Part shown: positions 41,311 to 51,127 of the stretch, piece by piece | Numbering within the stretch: position 1 is the first letter of the stretch | Layout: every line of letters begins with the position of its first letter | Assembly (NCBI GenBank): GCA_963743915.1 | Contig: CAVURN010000005.1 | Location: forward strand, 32,001-96,000 | From: an uncultured Actinomycetota bacterium | GTDB lineage: Bacteria > Actinomycetota > Actinomycetes > JAHEKZ01 | DNA: 64,000 nt | Direction of reading: 5' to 3' | Program-made: the position numbers and the translations under genes | The notes under the pieces: generated by a model | Told to the model about the DNA's origin: nothing | Seen by the model: the letters and a program-made list of their open reading frames with translations, nothing else | Databases searched by the model: none

Positions 41311-42300
41311 CTAGTCGCCACCTGAGACGGTGATGACGACCTTGCCCCTTGGATGGCCATCGATCAGGTAGCGCAAGGCGTCAGGGGTCTCCGAGAGTTC
41401 GAAGACGCGGTCGATCACCGGCTTCACATCACCGGATTCGATCATCGCGGCAAGGGTCGCGAGGTCGGCGCTGTGCACCTTGCCGTCGACTTTGATCAGC
41501 CGCTGCGGGACCAACGGTGAGACCAGTGCTCCCCGGATCGCAACGGTGCCCGGCCCGAAGAGGCCGCCGTGCTGTGAGCCACCGACGGCGGCGAGCGTCC
41601 CTTGTTTGGTCAGCGTCCTGCGAAGCGCCCTCAGTGAGTGTGTGCCGCCGACGTTCACGATGAGGTCGTACTTCCGTCCGGCATCGACTGCCGCACTGGT
41701 CGTGTAGTCGATGACCTCGACCGCACCCAGGGACCGCACCAGATCCACGGCCTCGGTTCGACACACCCCCGTGACAACACCACCCAGTGCCCGCGCGATC
41801 TGCACGGCGAACGTTCCCACACCACCGGATGCCCCAATGACGAGCACCGTCTGCCCGGCCTCCAGGCCATCGCCCGCCCGGACGCCCGCAAGCGCCGTGA
41901 CGCCGGCCATGGGGACCGCCGCAGCCTCTTCGAACGACAAGCCCTTCGGCATGTGGCCAACCTGATCCGCCGAGACGGTGATCACCTCGGCGCACCCGCC
42001 CCGCATCATCGTCTCGGCATAGACCAGGTCTCCTGGTGAGAACCGCGTCACCTGATCACCCACGGCATCGACAACCCCGGCCACATCCGAACCGATGATC
42101 ATCTGCTGACGCGGCCTGCGGAGACCGACGGCCAGGCGGGCCAAGAAGGGATCGGCGAGCATGATGTGCCAGTCGGCCGCATTGAGTGAGCTGGCGCGCA
42201 CCCGGATGGCGATCTCGTCGGGCCCTGGTCGAGGGCTCTCGATGTCCTCGAAGCTGAGGTTCCGGGGTGGTCCGTACTCGCGGTACACCCAAGCCTTCAT
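41311..42300 (-). CDS. NAD(P)-dependent MDR oxidoreductase / alcohol dehydrogenase
   Basis: MKAWVYREYGPP, GASGGVG, GKVVI. Confidence 0.92.
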   Translation of the reverse strand: MKAWVYREYGPPRNLSFEDIESPRPGPDEIAIRVRASSLNAADWHIMLADPFLARLAVGLRRPRQQMIIGSDVAGVVDAVGDQVTRFSPGDLVYAETMMRGGCAEVITVSADQVGHMPKGLSFEEAAAVPMAGVTALAGVRAGDGLEAGQTVLVIGASGGVGTFAVQIARALGGVVTGVCRTEAVDLVRSLGAVEVIDYTTSAAVDAGRKYDLIVNVGGTHSLRALRRTLTKQGTLAAVGGSQHGGLFGPGTVAIRGALVSPLVPQRLIKVDGKVHSADLATLAAMIESGDVKPVIDRVFELSETPDALRYLIDGHPRGKVVITVSGGD

Positions 42301-42467
42301 CGTGTTCCTTCCTGGACGGCGCACCGAGAGTCACGAGTGTAGGGGTGGCGGTGCAGCGCTTCGCCTCTGATGGTCCGGGTCCTTTGACCCCTCATCACAC
42401 GGCCCTTGGCCACTTCTGCGTGTGACGGATTCCCGACAGGGTGGAGGCAACGCGGAGGACGGCAGCC

Positions 42468-44282
42468 ATGAACCCTTCAGTCTCCAGCACACGCCCAGAC
42501 CTCGATCGTCGTCAGTTCCTCACCATGGTCGGAGGTGTCGCGGCGGGTCTCCTGGTCCCAGTGAACCGGCTGACCCTGCCTGCGCTCCAGGGCGCGTCCC
42601 TCGCGGGGACGGTGCCCCAGAGGCTGGCCATGCATGTCCATGGCAGCTGGTCCGAGGGGTTGGCCAGCTGGCACGCCCAGTTCGCACAGGCCGCCGCGAA
42701 CGCCGTCGACGTGCTGTACCTCACCGACCACGACGGCCGCGCGACTGCCTACCGCTACCTGCCATCGCTGTCGGGCGTGACCTGGGTGCGCAGCACCACT
42801 GGCTCTCTGGCCCGACAGGCCTCGACGACGAGCGGCGGCGGCTTCCGGCTGCTCGCCGAGAGCGGGTCGAGTACCTCTGCCGCGACAGTGACGCTTGCCC
42901 TGCAGGGAAAGCCCCTGGCGTTCAACCGCCTGCGCACGAGCATCGCCGGCCACTCGTTGCGCCACTCCGTCAGCTCGTCGTCGCTGACGGGTGGGGCCAC
43001 CTACGAGGTCATCGTCAGCCTGTCCTACCGCCCCGCGACCGGAGGTCGTCCCGCGGGCAACTACGAGCTCCGCTACCGCTTCGGCTCTGCCGGGTCCGGA
43101 CGCTTCACGGAGAACAACGGCCTCAGAGGCGTCGTGACTCTGCCCGTCCAAGCCTCAGGCACCATGGTCACTCTGAGACCGGACGTCGACGTCGCAGCGA
43201 TCTGGCCGGACATGGTGGCGATGGACAACGGCTTCTACGGCCTCGCCTTCTCCGCGAGGAGCCCCGCACGTGGTGCCGTCGCGGACATCAGCGTCTCCAG
43301 CGTCCAGATCGTGCGCTCCCAGAGCGATCCGGCAAGCGTCGCCGCCAACCAGCAACAGCTCATCGCCTCCTACTCCGCTCGATTCCCCACCGTCACGGCC
43401 AGGGCGACCACGGAGGTGAGCCGTCACCTGCCGGACATGAACCCGTTCGGCGTCCCCCAGTTCTTCTCCGACTACGCGCTGGACACCGCGTCGAACCATG
43501 ACGCCTTCTACCGCGACATCGTCCGCGACGTCCAGGTGCAAGGCGGTGTCTTCTCCTGGAACCACCCGTTCGGCTACAACGGCGGACCATTGCTCGGCAG
43601 TGCCGAACGCATCACCAAACGACGGGACGTGTACCGCAAGCTCGCGGCGGTGGATGTCTACGGCGCCGACATCCTCGAGGTCGGCTACAGCGTCCGCGGC
43701 AACGTCGATGCGGCCACCCACCTGGCACTGTGGGACACGTTCTCGCGCAACGGACGCTTCCTGACGGGCAACGGGACGAGCGACGACCACGGGGGCAAGT
43801 CGTGGAAGGGCCTGGGCAACGGGTTCCTCACCGCCACCTGGGGTGCCTCCAAGGCGGACCAGGACGTCGTCGCAGCGCTGCGATCCGGACGCACCTTCCT
43901 GTACCACTGCGGACGCTGGCCCAACGCCGAGCTCGACCTGCTGGTGGACGACGTGCCCATGGGCATGGCGTCGGTGAGCAGCGTGGGATCGCGCACGCTG
44001 ACGGTGTACGCCGGCACCCTTCCGACGGGCGGGCGGGTCGAGATCGTCCAGGGGCCGGCTGACTGGTCGGGTGCCGTCGATCCCGATGTCTCGGTGGTCC
44101 GACAGCTCAACGCGTCCGCATTCGTCGACGGTCGGGCAACAGTGAACCTGGACACGACGGAGTCCAGCTTCGTGCGCGCCACGGTCCGTCGGAGCGACGG
44201 GACCATCGTCGGTGCAGGCAACCCCGTGTGGCTCCTGCGCTCGGCGCCTCCCGGCGGGATCCCCGCACCGCGAGCGGCGTAG
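42468..44282 (+). CDS. Tat-exported PHP-family metallohydrolase
   Basis: DRRQFL; HVHGSWSEG, TDHD, NHP, SDDH. Confidence 0.8.
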   Translation: MNPSVSSTRPDLDRRQFLTMVGGVAAGLLVPVNRLTLPALQGASLAGTVPQRLAMHVHGSWSEGLASWHAQFAQAAANAVDVLYLTDHDGRATAYRYLPSLSGVTWVRSTTGSLARQASTTSGGGFRLLAESGSSTSAATVTLALQGKPLAFNRLRTSIAGHSLRHSVSSSSLTGGATYEVIVSLSYRPATGGRPAGNYELRYRFGSAGSGRFTENNGLRGVVTLPVQASGTMVTLRPDVDVAAIWPDMVAMDNGFYGLAFSARSPARGAVADISVSSVQIVRSQSDPASVAANQQQLIASYSARFPTVTARATTEVSRHLPDMNPFGVPQFFSDYALDTASNHDAFYRDIVRDVQVQGGVFSWNHPFGYNGGPLLGSAERITKRRDVYRKLAAVDVYGADILEVGYSVRGNVDAATHLALWDTFSRNGRFLTGNGTSDDHGGKSWKGLGNGFLTATWGASKADQDVVAALRSGRTFLYHCGRWPNAELDLLVDDVPMGMASVSSVGSRTLTVYAGTLPTGGRVEIVQGPADWSGAVDPDVSVVRQLNASAFVDGRATVNLDTTESSFVRATVRRSDGTIVGAGNPVWLLRSAPPGGIPAPRAA

Positions 44283-44287
44283 GGCCG

Positions 44288-45013
44288 TCAGGGACGCAGG
44301 GCGCGACGCGCCAGACGGGCTGCACCCTTGCCCTTGGCGACCACCAGCTCATCGATGACGCCGCGGAACTGGTCGCTCCTCGACCGCGATGCCTTGTTCG
44401 CCACCGTCAACGCGGAGCCGCTCGACACCAAGCCGGTGCGCCCCCGCTTCGAGGTGCGCTGACCATCGACGACGAGGACCACCTTGCCCGGTCGACGGAT
44501 GCAGATGACGCGGTGCCAGCGACGATCGGCTGCGATCCCGCTGACCCGCGACGTGACCATCACGGTGCCGGCACGTCCTTTGACGCGGCACTGCACGCGA
44601 CCGCCGTCCCGGCCCAGCAGCTGCACCTTCCACTGACCTCGGCTGCCGAACTGGCCCTTCTGGACGAGGTTCGGAGTGTCGGTTCCACTGAAGGCGTAGC
44701 TCCCATCCGGTATTCGAAAGGCAACGGCGACCGCAAAGCGTCTCCTGCCGGGGTCCAGACTGCCGTGATCACCGCCCCGGGCCACGGACGTGCGGTCGAA
44801 CCGGACAGCCGCCGATCCCCTCCGGCCCTCCGCCCGCGCCCAGCTGCCCGAGAGGCGGAGTGGATGGTTCTGCGAAGAGAGGTCCGCCACCTGGCCGGAG
44901 CGCACACCGAAGCCCCACCGTCCGACCACTCCCTGCGCCTCGGCCTCCGCCGGAGGGCCCGTCAGCAGGGAGACCGCCAGTCCCAGCGACACACCGAGGA
45001 TGAGTCCCCTCAC
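44288..45013 (-). CDS. secreted LamG/concanavalin-like protein
   Basis: Signal peptide; ADRRWHRV, LVVDG, FRGVIDEL. Confidence 0.8.
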   Translation of the reverse strand: MRGLILGVSLGLAVSLLTGPPAEAEAQGVVGRWGFGVRSGQVADLSSQNHPLRLSGSWARAEGRRGSAAVRFDRTSVARGGDHGSLDPGRRRFAVAVAFRIPDGSYAFSGTDTPNLVQKGQFGSRGQWKVQLLGRDGGRVQCRVKGRAGTVMVTSRVSGIAADRRWHRVICIRRPGKVVLVVDGQRTSKRGRTGLVSSGSALTVANKASRSRSDQFRGVIDELVVAKGKGAARLARRALRP

Positions 45014-45219
45014 CTGCCCGCCCTCCGCGCGCCTGACTGCGCGAGGGCTCGCCGCAGCTCAGCCTCTGAATCGAAGCGGATCTGCTCTGCGTCCAGCAGG
45101 GCAGTCACGAAGGTGTCGCATGCCCCGCTTCTCTGCGCGGTCCGCACCAGTTCCTTCTTGGTGGCAGGAAACGAAACCTGGTCGAGGAGGCCTCCGGGCG
45201 CTGGCTGTTGAAAGGTCAT
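45010..45219 (-). CDS. DUF2795-like small protein
   Basis: VSFPATKKELVRTA; GGAGG RBS. Confidence 0.7.
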   Translation of the reverse strand: MTFQQPAPGGLLDQVSFPATKKELVRTAQRSGACDTFVTALLDAEQIRFDSEAELRRALAQSGARRAGR

Positions 45220-45335
45220 GAACTACCTCCTACCCAGAGTGACTGACGCCCAATCCGTGGGGCACGGTGTTCTTTCGCGTGGCTTACGCTGGCCAGATGG
45301 AGCTCGCCTTCCCGACGGTCACCGCGGTGCCCTGA

Positions 45336-47021
45336 ATGGACAATGCCCGTGCCGCTCTCGCGCTCGAGGCTGCCCACGCCGGCACCTGGAAGTGGACGAT
45401 CCGCACTGGAGAGCTGGAGTGGGACGCCTCGCTCGAGCGGGTGTTCGGACTCGAGCCGGGTACTTTTCCGGGAACCTTCGATGCGTACATCGGCCTTCTC
45501 CACCCCGACGACCGCGAGCCCACCCTGCGGACCATCCAGCAGGCTCTGGCCGAGAAGGTCGACCACTACGTAGAGCACCGAATCCTCTCCAGTGACGGAT
45601 CTGTGCGCTGGATCAGTGGACGCGGGCGGGTCGTCCTCGACGAGTCCGGCGAACCCAAAGGAATGGTGGGCATCGGTGAGGACATCACCGCCCAACGACT
45701 CGCGGAGGAAAGGCTCCGCTTCCTGGCCCATGCGGGCGACCTGCTCGGCAGCTCGCTCGAGCTGAGCACCACTCTCCAACAGCTCTGCGACCTGGCGATT
45801 GAGGCGCTCGCGGACTGGTGCACTGTCGACCTCATCGACGAAGACGGGGTGCAGCTGGTTGCTGTCGCGCACCGCGACCCTGCCCGGGTGGCCTGGGCGC
45901 GCGAGCTCAGGGAGCGGTTCGGCGTCGACATGGACTCCGACGTGGGACTCGCCTCGGTGCTGAAGACCGGGGTTCCGTACGTGCTCAAGAGCATCGACAG
46001 CAACTGGCTACGGCAGGCCCTGGAACAGCTCCCCGACATCACTGAGGAGGAGATTGAGCGGTTCATGTCGCTTGACCTCCGCTCATCCATGACAGTGCCT
46101 CTCAAGTCGGCCAAGGGTGAGGTCCTCGGGGCCATCGGATTGGTGTCCGCGGAAGGAGGTCGCTACTACACCGACGACGACGTGACTCTCGCGTTGGAAA
46201 TCGCTCGCCGCGCCGCCACCGCAGTGGAGAACGCGCAACTTTTCGCCCGCACGCAAGACACGTCTCAGACGCTGCAGCGGAGCCTCATGCCACCGGAGCT
46301 TCCCGCTCTGCCTTTCGCCGATGTCGCGGTCTGTTTCGCCCCCTTCGGCGGACAGAACGACCTCATCGGGGGTGACTTCTACGACCTGTTGGATCTCGGG
46401 GACAACACGTGGGGCGTCATTCTGGGTGATGTTGCGGGCAAGGGGGTGGCAGCTGCCGCATTGGCCTCGGCAACCCGCTGGTCGTTCCGTTCCATCGTCA
46501 GGCGTGACGCTGACCCTGCACGCGTGCTGGAGGAGCTGAACGCCACGCTGGTGACCCAGGACTGGGAGGACCGCTTCGTCACCGCCGTGGTGGCCGTCGT
46601 CCGCCGACAGGCCAGTGGCAGCCTCACGATTGACGTCTCGGTCGGTGGTCATCCAAGTCCGATTCTCAGGCGGGCCAATGGTGACACCCACCCGTTGACG
46701 GTGCAGGGGAGTCTGCTGGGTGCATTCCCGGACGGAACTTGGGAGACGAGCACGGTTGTGCTCGAGCCTGGGGATGCCCTTCTGCTCTACTCGGACGGAC
46801 TCACCGAGACGGCCGCGTCCGACGGCATGCTGTTCGGTGAGGAGGGCGTGGTGGCGGCATTGGCGAGCGGTGATTGCGCGGGCACCACCAGTGCAGACGT
46901 ACTGGTGAAGCACCTTCGATCCGCCGCGACCGACTTCGGACACCAACGCGACGACATGGCGATGCTGGTTCTCACCTGTGCCCCTGGGGCAACTGCGCCC
47001 AACTGGGTCGACGGCTCCTAG
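45336..47021 (+). CDS. PAS-GAF-PP2C (SpoIIE/RsbU-like) phosphatase
   Basis: LHPDD PAS, GAF, LQRSLMP, GGDFYD, GDVAGKG, YSDGL, DDMA. Confidence 0.92.
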   Translation: MDNARAALALEAAHAGTWKWTIRTGELEWDASLERVFGLEPGTFPGTFDAYIGLLHPDDREPTLRTIQQALAEKVDHYVEHRILSSDGSVRWISGRGRVVLDESGEPKGMVGIGEDITAQRLAEERLRFLAHAGDLLGSSLELSTTLQQLCDLAIEALADWCTVDLIDEDGVQLVAVAHRDPARVAWARELRERFGVDMDSDVGLASVLKTGVPYVLKSIDSNWLRQALEQLPDITEEEIERFMSLDLRSSMTVPLKSAKGEVLGAIGLVSAEGGRYYTDDDVTLALEIARRAATAVENAQLFARTQDTSQTLQRSLMPPELPALPFADVAVCFAPFGGQNDLIGGDFYDLLDLGDNTWGVILGDVAGKGVAAAALASATRWSFRSIVRRDADPARVLEELNATLVTQDWEDRFVTAVVAVVRRQASGSLTIDVSVGGHPSPILRRANGDTHPLTVQGSLLGAFPDGTWETSTVVLEPGDALLLYSDGLTETAASDGMLFGEEGVVAALASGDCAGTTSADVLVKHLRSAATDFGHQRDDMAMLVLTCAPGATAPNWVDGS

Positions 47022-47569
47022 CGCGGTGGATCTTCACCAACTCGGCCGTCGATGGACTCGCGAAGGAGATCGGCGTGACCGGTGTGCCGCGAGTACTCCT
47101 CGATGACGTCGACGATCCAGCGTCGGAGATTGGGCGAGTTCCCCGCGTCATCGGTGATGCCAGTGACCGGTTGGTCCAGCCCTCCATCCGCCAGCCGCTC
47201 TCGGAGCACCGCCCGAGAACGATCGGTGGCACCGAGCCAGAGTGCGTACAACCGCTCAGGGGTGTCGGTTGACGCCGAGTGCCACTCCCAGTCCGGATCC
47301 GCATCCCAGTCGCCCTCGCGCCACACCGGGTCACCGACGTCGTCACCGAGCGTCTGCGAAAACTTGTTGTCCTCGACGAGTGCCAGGTGCTTGAGCAGCC
47401 CTCCCAGCGTCATTGACGACGCGCCGACCGTGGACTGCAGCTGTGCCGCGTCCAGACCCCAGGCCTTCCACGCGAAGGTGCCGCGCATCCGGTCCAGTGA
47501 CCCGAGCAGGGCGGCCGCCTCGTCGCCGGCGAGTGGGGGTTCGATGTCGTGCCACGGTTCCCTGGTCAT
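47018..47569 (-). CDS. DinB/DUF664 family protein
   Basis: TLGGLLKHLALVE, EEYSRHTGHADLLRE. Confidence 0.9.
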   Translation of the reverse strand: MTREPWHDIEPPLAGDEAAALLGSLDRMRGTFAWKAWGLDAAQLQSTVGASSMTLGGLLKHLALVEDNKFSQTLGDDVGDPVWREGDWDADPDWEWHSASTDTPERLYALWLGATDRSRAVLRERLADGGLDQPVTGITDDAGNSPNLRRWIVDVIEEYSRHTGHADLLRESIDGRVGEDPPR

Positions 47570-47635
47570 GTGGGCAGGCTACCGGCGCCGTCGAGAGGTC
47601 AACCTCGGCTGATCGGCTGGCACACTCGGTTCACC

Positions 47636-49009
47636 ATGAGCAGCGCCCAGGAGCTTGCCGACGCCACACCGGCCGACCGCGACCGCTACGTCGACCTGCT
47701 GCGCGTCGTCGCGTTGGCCGTGGTCATGCTCGGCCACTTCTTCATGGTCGCCGTCGTGGTCGAGCCGGACGGCGCGGTCGAGGTGACCAACGCGCTTGCC
47801 GAGATCCCCTGGGCGCAGTGGCTCACCTGGGTGCTGCAGGTCATGCCGGTGTTCTTCGCCGTGGGTGGCTTCTCGCACGCAGTCGGGTGGGCATCGGTCG
47901 AACGACACGGTGGCAGCTATGCCGACTTCATGGCGGCACGTGTCGAACGGCTTCTGCGGCCGACGCTGGTGTTCATTGCGATCGGCGCGACGCTCGGTGT
48001 GGTGGTCGAGGCGTCCGGAAATCTGTCGGCAACCGCCACGATGATCCTGCGTGTGATCCCACAGCCCTTGTGGTTCATCGGCATCTACCTGGCGGTCGTC
48101 CTGCTGGCACCGCCGATGCTACGCGCGCACCGACGGTGGGGACTGCGGGTGCTCGTCGTGCTGTTCGCGGCGACCGCGGCTGTCGACGTCGCACGCCTCG
48201 CGCTCGACGCTCCCGAGGTGGTCGGCTATCTCAACTTCGCCTTCGTCTGGCTGGCCGTGCACCAGTGCGGCTTCTTCTATGCCGACGGGGTCGCCGACAG
48301 GGGAGGACGCCGGCTTGCCGCCGCGCTCGCAGTCGGCGGACTCGCAGCCACCACGGGGCTCGTGCTGCTGGGCCCGTACCCGGTGTCGATGGTCACGCTG
48401 CCGGGTGACGAGGTGTCGAACATGACTCCGCCGTCGCTGGCGCTGCTGACGCTGTCAGTGTGGCTCATGGGTCTGGCGCTGCTGTTGCGCCCTCTGGCGA
48501 CTCGACGCCTGCAGTCAGCCCGCACCTGGACCGTCGTCGTCGCCGCCAACGGCGTCGTCATGACAGCGTTCCTGTGGCACCTGTCGGCGATCATCGCCGT
48601 CGACGGCGCCCTGGTGCTGGCGGGCGCACCCATGTTCCCCATGGTGGGCTCGGCAGAGTGGTGGTTGCTCCGCATCCCGTTCCTGGTGCTGACCGCAGCG
48701 GTGCTGGCGGGCCTCGTCGGCGCGTTCCGGCGCTTCGAGCGTCCCCGTCGCTGGGTCATCCCCGCGGTGGCGCATCGGCGTCGGCACCGGGACGGTGGCG
48801 CCACCATCGGCGCGTGCCTGGCGCTGGTCGGCATCCTCGGCCTCTCTGTCGCCGGGTTCGCCGGCGTCCTGAGTCTGCGCACCGCGACCCTGGTCGTAGT
48901 TCCCATGGCGTCGCTGCCTTCGGTCGCCCTCGTGGCTGTCGGCTACTGGCTCACCGTGAGGTCGGCGCGCGCAACCACGGTCGCCCGAGACCCGCAACGC
49001 GCGCCGTAG
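47636..49009 (+). CDS. acyltransferase family 3 membrane protein
   Basis: DRYVDLLR..A..VMLGH, QVMPVFF, LWF. Confidence 0.88.
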   Translation: MSSAQELADATPADRDRYVDLLRVVALAVVMLGHFFMVAVVVEPDGAVEVTNALAEIPWAQWLTWVLQVMPVFFAVGGFSHAVGWASVERHGGSYADFMAARVERLLRPTLVFIAIGATLGVVVEASGNLSATATMILRVIPQPLWFIGIYLAVVLLAPPMLRAHRRWGLRVLVVLFAATAAVDVARLALDAPEVVGYLNFAFVWLAVHQCGFFYADGVADRGGRRLAAALAVGGLAATTGLVLLGPYPVSMVTLPGDEVSNMTPPSLALLTLSVWLMGLALLLRPLATRRLQSARTWTVVVAANGVVMTAFLWHLSAIIAVDGALVLAGAPMFPMVGSAEWWLLRIPFLVLTAAVLAGLVGAFRRFERPRRWVIPAVAHRRRHRDGGATIGACLALVGILGLSVAGFAGVLSLRTATLVVVPMASLPSVALVAVGYWLTVRSARATTVARDPQRAP

Positions 49010-49054
49010 GGTGGCTCGAGACCAGCGATCCACCGTCCCGGAGGCACCCATCAC

Positions 49055-49873
49055 GTGACCGAGCAGCTGTTCGACGCCGTGGACGCGGCGATCCGTGACG
49101 CGGCAGCGCGCGCCGTCCTGCCCCGGTGGCGGTTGCTGGAGGACGGTGCTGTCAGCGAGAAGGCTCCGGGCGAGTGGGTCACGGATGCCGACCATGAGGC
49201 GGAGCAGCTGCTCACCGACGCACTCCACACCCTGGAGCCTGGTGTGCCGGTCGTGGGCGAAGAGGCTGCGGCTCAAGACCCGTCCATCGTCGCCGCGGCC
49301 GCCGAGCACGAACGCGTGTGGCTGCTCGACCCGCTCGACGGCACGCGTTCGTTCATCGCCGGCAGCCCTGACTTCGCCACGATGGTCGCGCTGGTCGAGA
49401 ACGGCGTGACCACGGCGGCGTGGGTGTGGCAGCCGGTGCACGCGCACATGTACGTCGCGGTGCGCGGAGGTGGGCTCACCTGTGACGGGGAGCCATTGAC
49501 CCGCCCCACGGATCTCGCCGTCGGCAACCCGCTCCGCGGAGTCCAGCGGACCAGCCTGATGCCGGGACCCCTGCGGCATGCGGTCGAGCCTGCCTTCGCG
49601 TCCGCGGGACTTCCGGCGGCGGACGTCCTCGCCGCCGGTGTGGCGTACCCGCAGCTCTGTGAGGGGCTTCTCGACTACGCCCTCTATTGGCGGACGCTGC
49701 CGTGGGACCACGCTCCCGGCGAGCTCTTCGCGCACGAGGCGGGCCTGATCTGTCGCCGGCTCGACGGCAGCACCTACCGGCCGTGTGACGGTCGACGCGG
49801 GCTGCTGACGGCGGCGACACCGCAGGTGTGGGACGACGTGCGGGCTCTGCTGCCGGCCAACCCCGAGCGCTGA
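49055..49873 (+). CDS. inositol monophosphatase family protein
   Basis: VTDAD, GEE, WLLDPLDGT, PWDHAPG. Confidence 0.92.
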   Translation: MTEQLFDAVDAAIRDAAARAVLPRWRLLEDGAVSEKAPGEWVTDADHEAEQLLTDALHTLEPGVPVVGEEAAAQDPSIVAAAAEHERVWLLDPLDGTRSFIAGSPDFATMVALVENGVTTAAWVWQPVHAHMYVAVRGGGLTCDGEPLTRPTDLAVGNPLRGVQRTSLMPGPLRHAVEPAFASAGLPAADVLAAGVAYPQLCEGLLDYALYWRTLPWDHAPGELFAHEAGLICRRLDGSTYRPCDGRRGLLTAATPQVWDDVRALLPANPER

Positions 49874-49884
49874 GCTCCGGAGGG

Positions 49885-49912
49885 CTCAAGTTCGGGTCGA
49901 GAGCTGCCGAAC
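49885..49912 (+). promoter_or_regulatory. sigma28/FliA/WhiG-like promoter CTCAAG-N15-GCCGAAC
   Basis: GCCGA -10 element with matching spacing; a similar element at 39267-39292. Confidence 0.55.
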
Positions 49913-49921
49913 TACACCAGT

Positions 49922-50128
49922 GTGATTCCCCCCTCCCCCGAGGTGGCGCGGACGTGGTCGCTCCTCCGTGCCGGCATTCCCCTCAGCCTCCTGTGCGACC
50001 TCGCCTCACCTGACGGACCCCCCTCGCGCGAGATCTACACCGCCGAGGTGGTCGCCGACGACGTCGACCGGGCCCACCCACCTGGCCGATCGATCACGCT
50101 GCCGGAGATCTCGATCTTCTCTGCATGA
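49922..50128 (+). CDS. PLSLLxDL microprotein (paralog of 39317-39499)
   Basis: GIPLSLLCDLASPDGPPSREIYTAE. Confidence 0.65.
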   Translation: MIPPSPEVARTWSLLRAGIPLSLLCDLASPDGPPSREIYTAEVVADDVDRAHPPGRSITLPEISIFSA

Positions 50129-51126
50129 CCAGACGACGAGTGGCCGCGGTGGGTGTGGCCGCGGCCCTCGCGCTCGGGCTGGCCGCAGCACCCAGCTCAG
50201 GGCACACGAGCGACGACGGACGGACTGCTCCGGACACGACCGACAGAGCCGTCGCCGGCTGCCGGGTCTTCCCGGCGGACAACTGGTGGAACGCCGACAT
50301 CAGCGCTCTGCCGCGCCATCAGCGGAGCGATGAATGGATGCGCCACATGTCGCCGCGCTCCCGCCTGCACCCCGACTTCGGTCCCGCCTTCGGCGCACAG
50401 CGCATGCCGTACGGCATCCCGGTCACCGTCGTCGGTGGCGACCATCGCAAACACCCGGTGCGGTTCACCTACGCGAGTGAGAGTGACCGGGTGCGCTACC
50501 CGCTCGGGAACGACACCAAGATCGAGGGTGGCTGGAACTCCGGCGGTGACCGGCACGCGATCATCGTCGACCGGTCGCGCTGCCGTCTCTACGAGACGTG
50601 GAACACCCGACGCCGCGACGGCCGCTGGCACGCCGGCTCGGGCGCGGTGTGGGACCTCGGTTCCAACGCCCTGCGACCCGACGGCTGGACGTCGGCGGAC
50701 GCCGCGGGCCTGCCGATCCTGCCGGGGCTCCTCCGATGGCGCGAGGTGCGACGCGGCACCGTCGACCACGCGATCCGCTTCACGACGGACGTCACCGACC
50801 GTCGCTACCTGTGGCCGGCGCGGCACCAGGCGGGCGCCGTCAACAACCGGAACTACCCCCCGATGGGTGCACGCTTCCGCCTCTCGGCGTCCTTCGACCT
50901 CGGCCCCTACAGTCGGCAGACCCGGGTGATCCTGCGGGCCATGCAGACGTACGGCCTCGTGCTGGCGGACAACGGCTCGCCCTGGTACTTCCAGGGCGAC
51001 GCGACCAACAAGTGGCCGACGCGGGTGCTCGACGAGCTCAAGCAGATCCCCGCGCGCGCGTTCGTCGCGGTGGACACGTCGTCGCTCATGGTCGACCCGG
51101 ACAGCGCCGCCGTCGCGACCGGCTAG
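50125..51126 (+). CDS. secreted hypothetical protein
   Basis: Signal peptide; GC3-biased 333-aa ORF; GDRH, SADAAGLP, LADNGS. Confidence 0.8.
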   Translation: MTRRRVAAVGVAAALALGLAAAPSSGHTSDDGRTAPDTTDRAVAGCRVFPADNWWNADISALPRHQRSDEWMRHMSPRSRLHPDFGPAFGAQRMPYGIPVTVVGGDHRKHPVRFTYASESDRVRYPLGNDTKIEGGWNSGGDRHAIIVDRSRCRLYETWNTRRRDGRWHAGSGAVWDLGSNALRPDGWTSADAAGLPILPGLLRWREVRRGTVDHAIRFTTDVTDRRYLWPARHQAGAVNNRNYPPMGARFRLSASFDLGPYSRQTRVILRAMQTYGLVLADNGSPWYFQGDATNKWPTRVLDELKQIPARAFVAVDTSSLMVDPDSAAVATG

Positions 51127-51127
51127 A

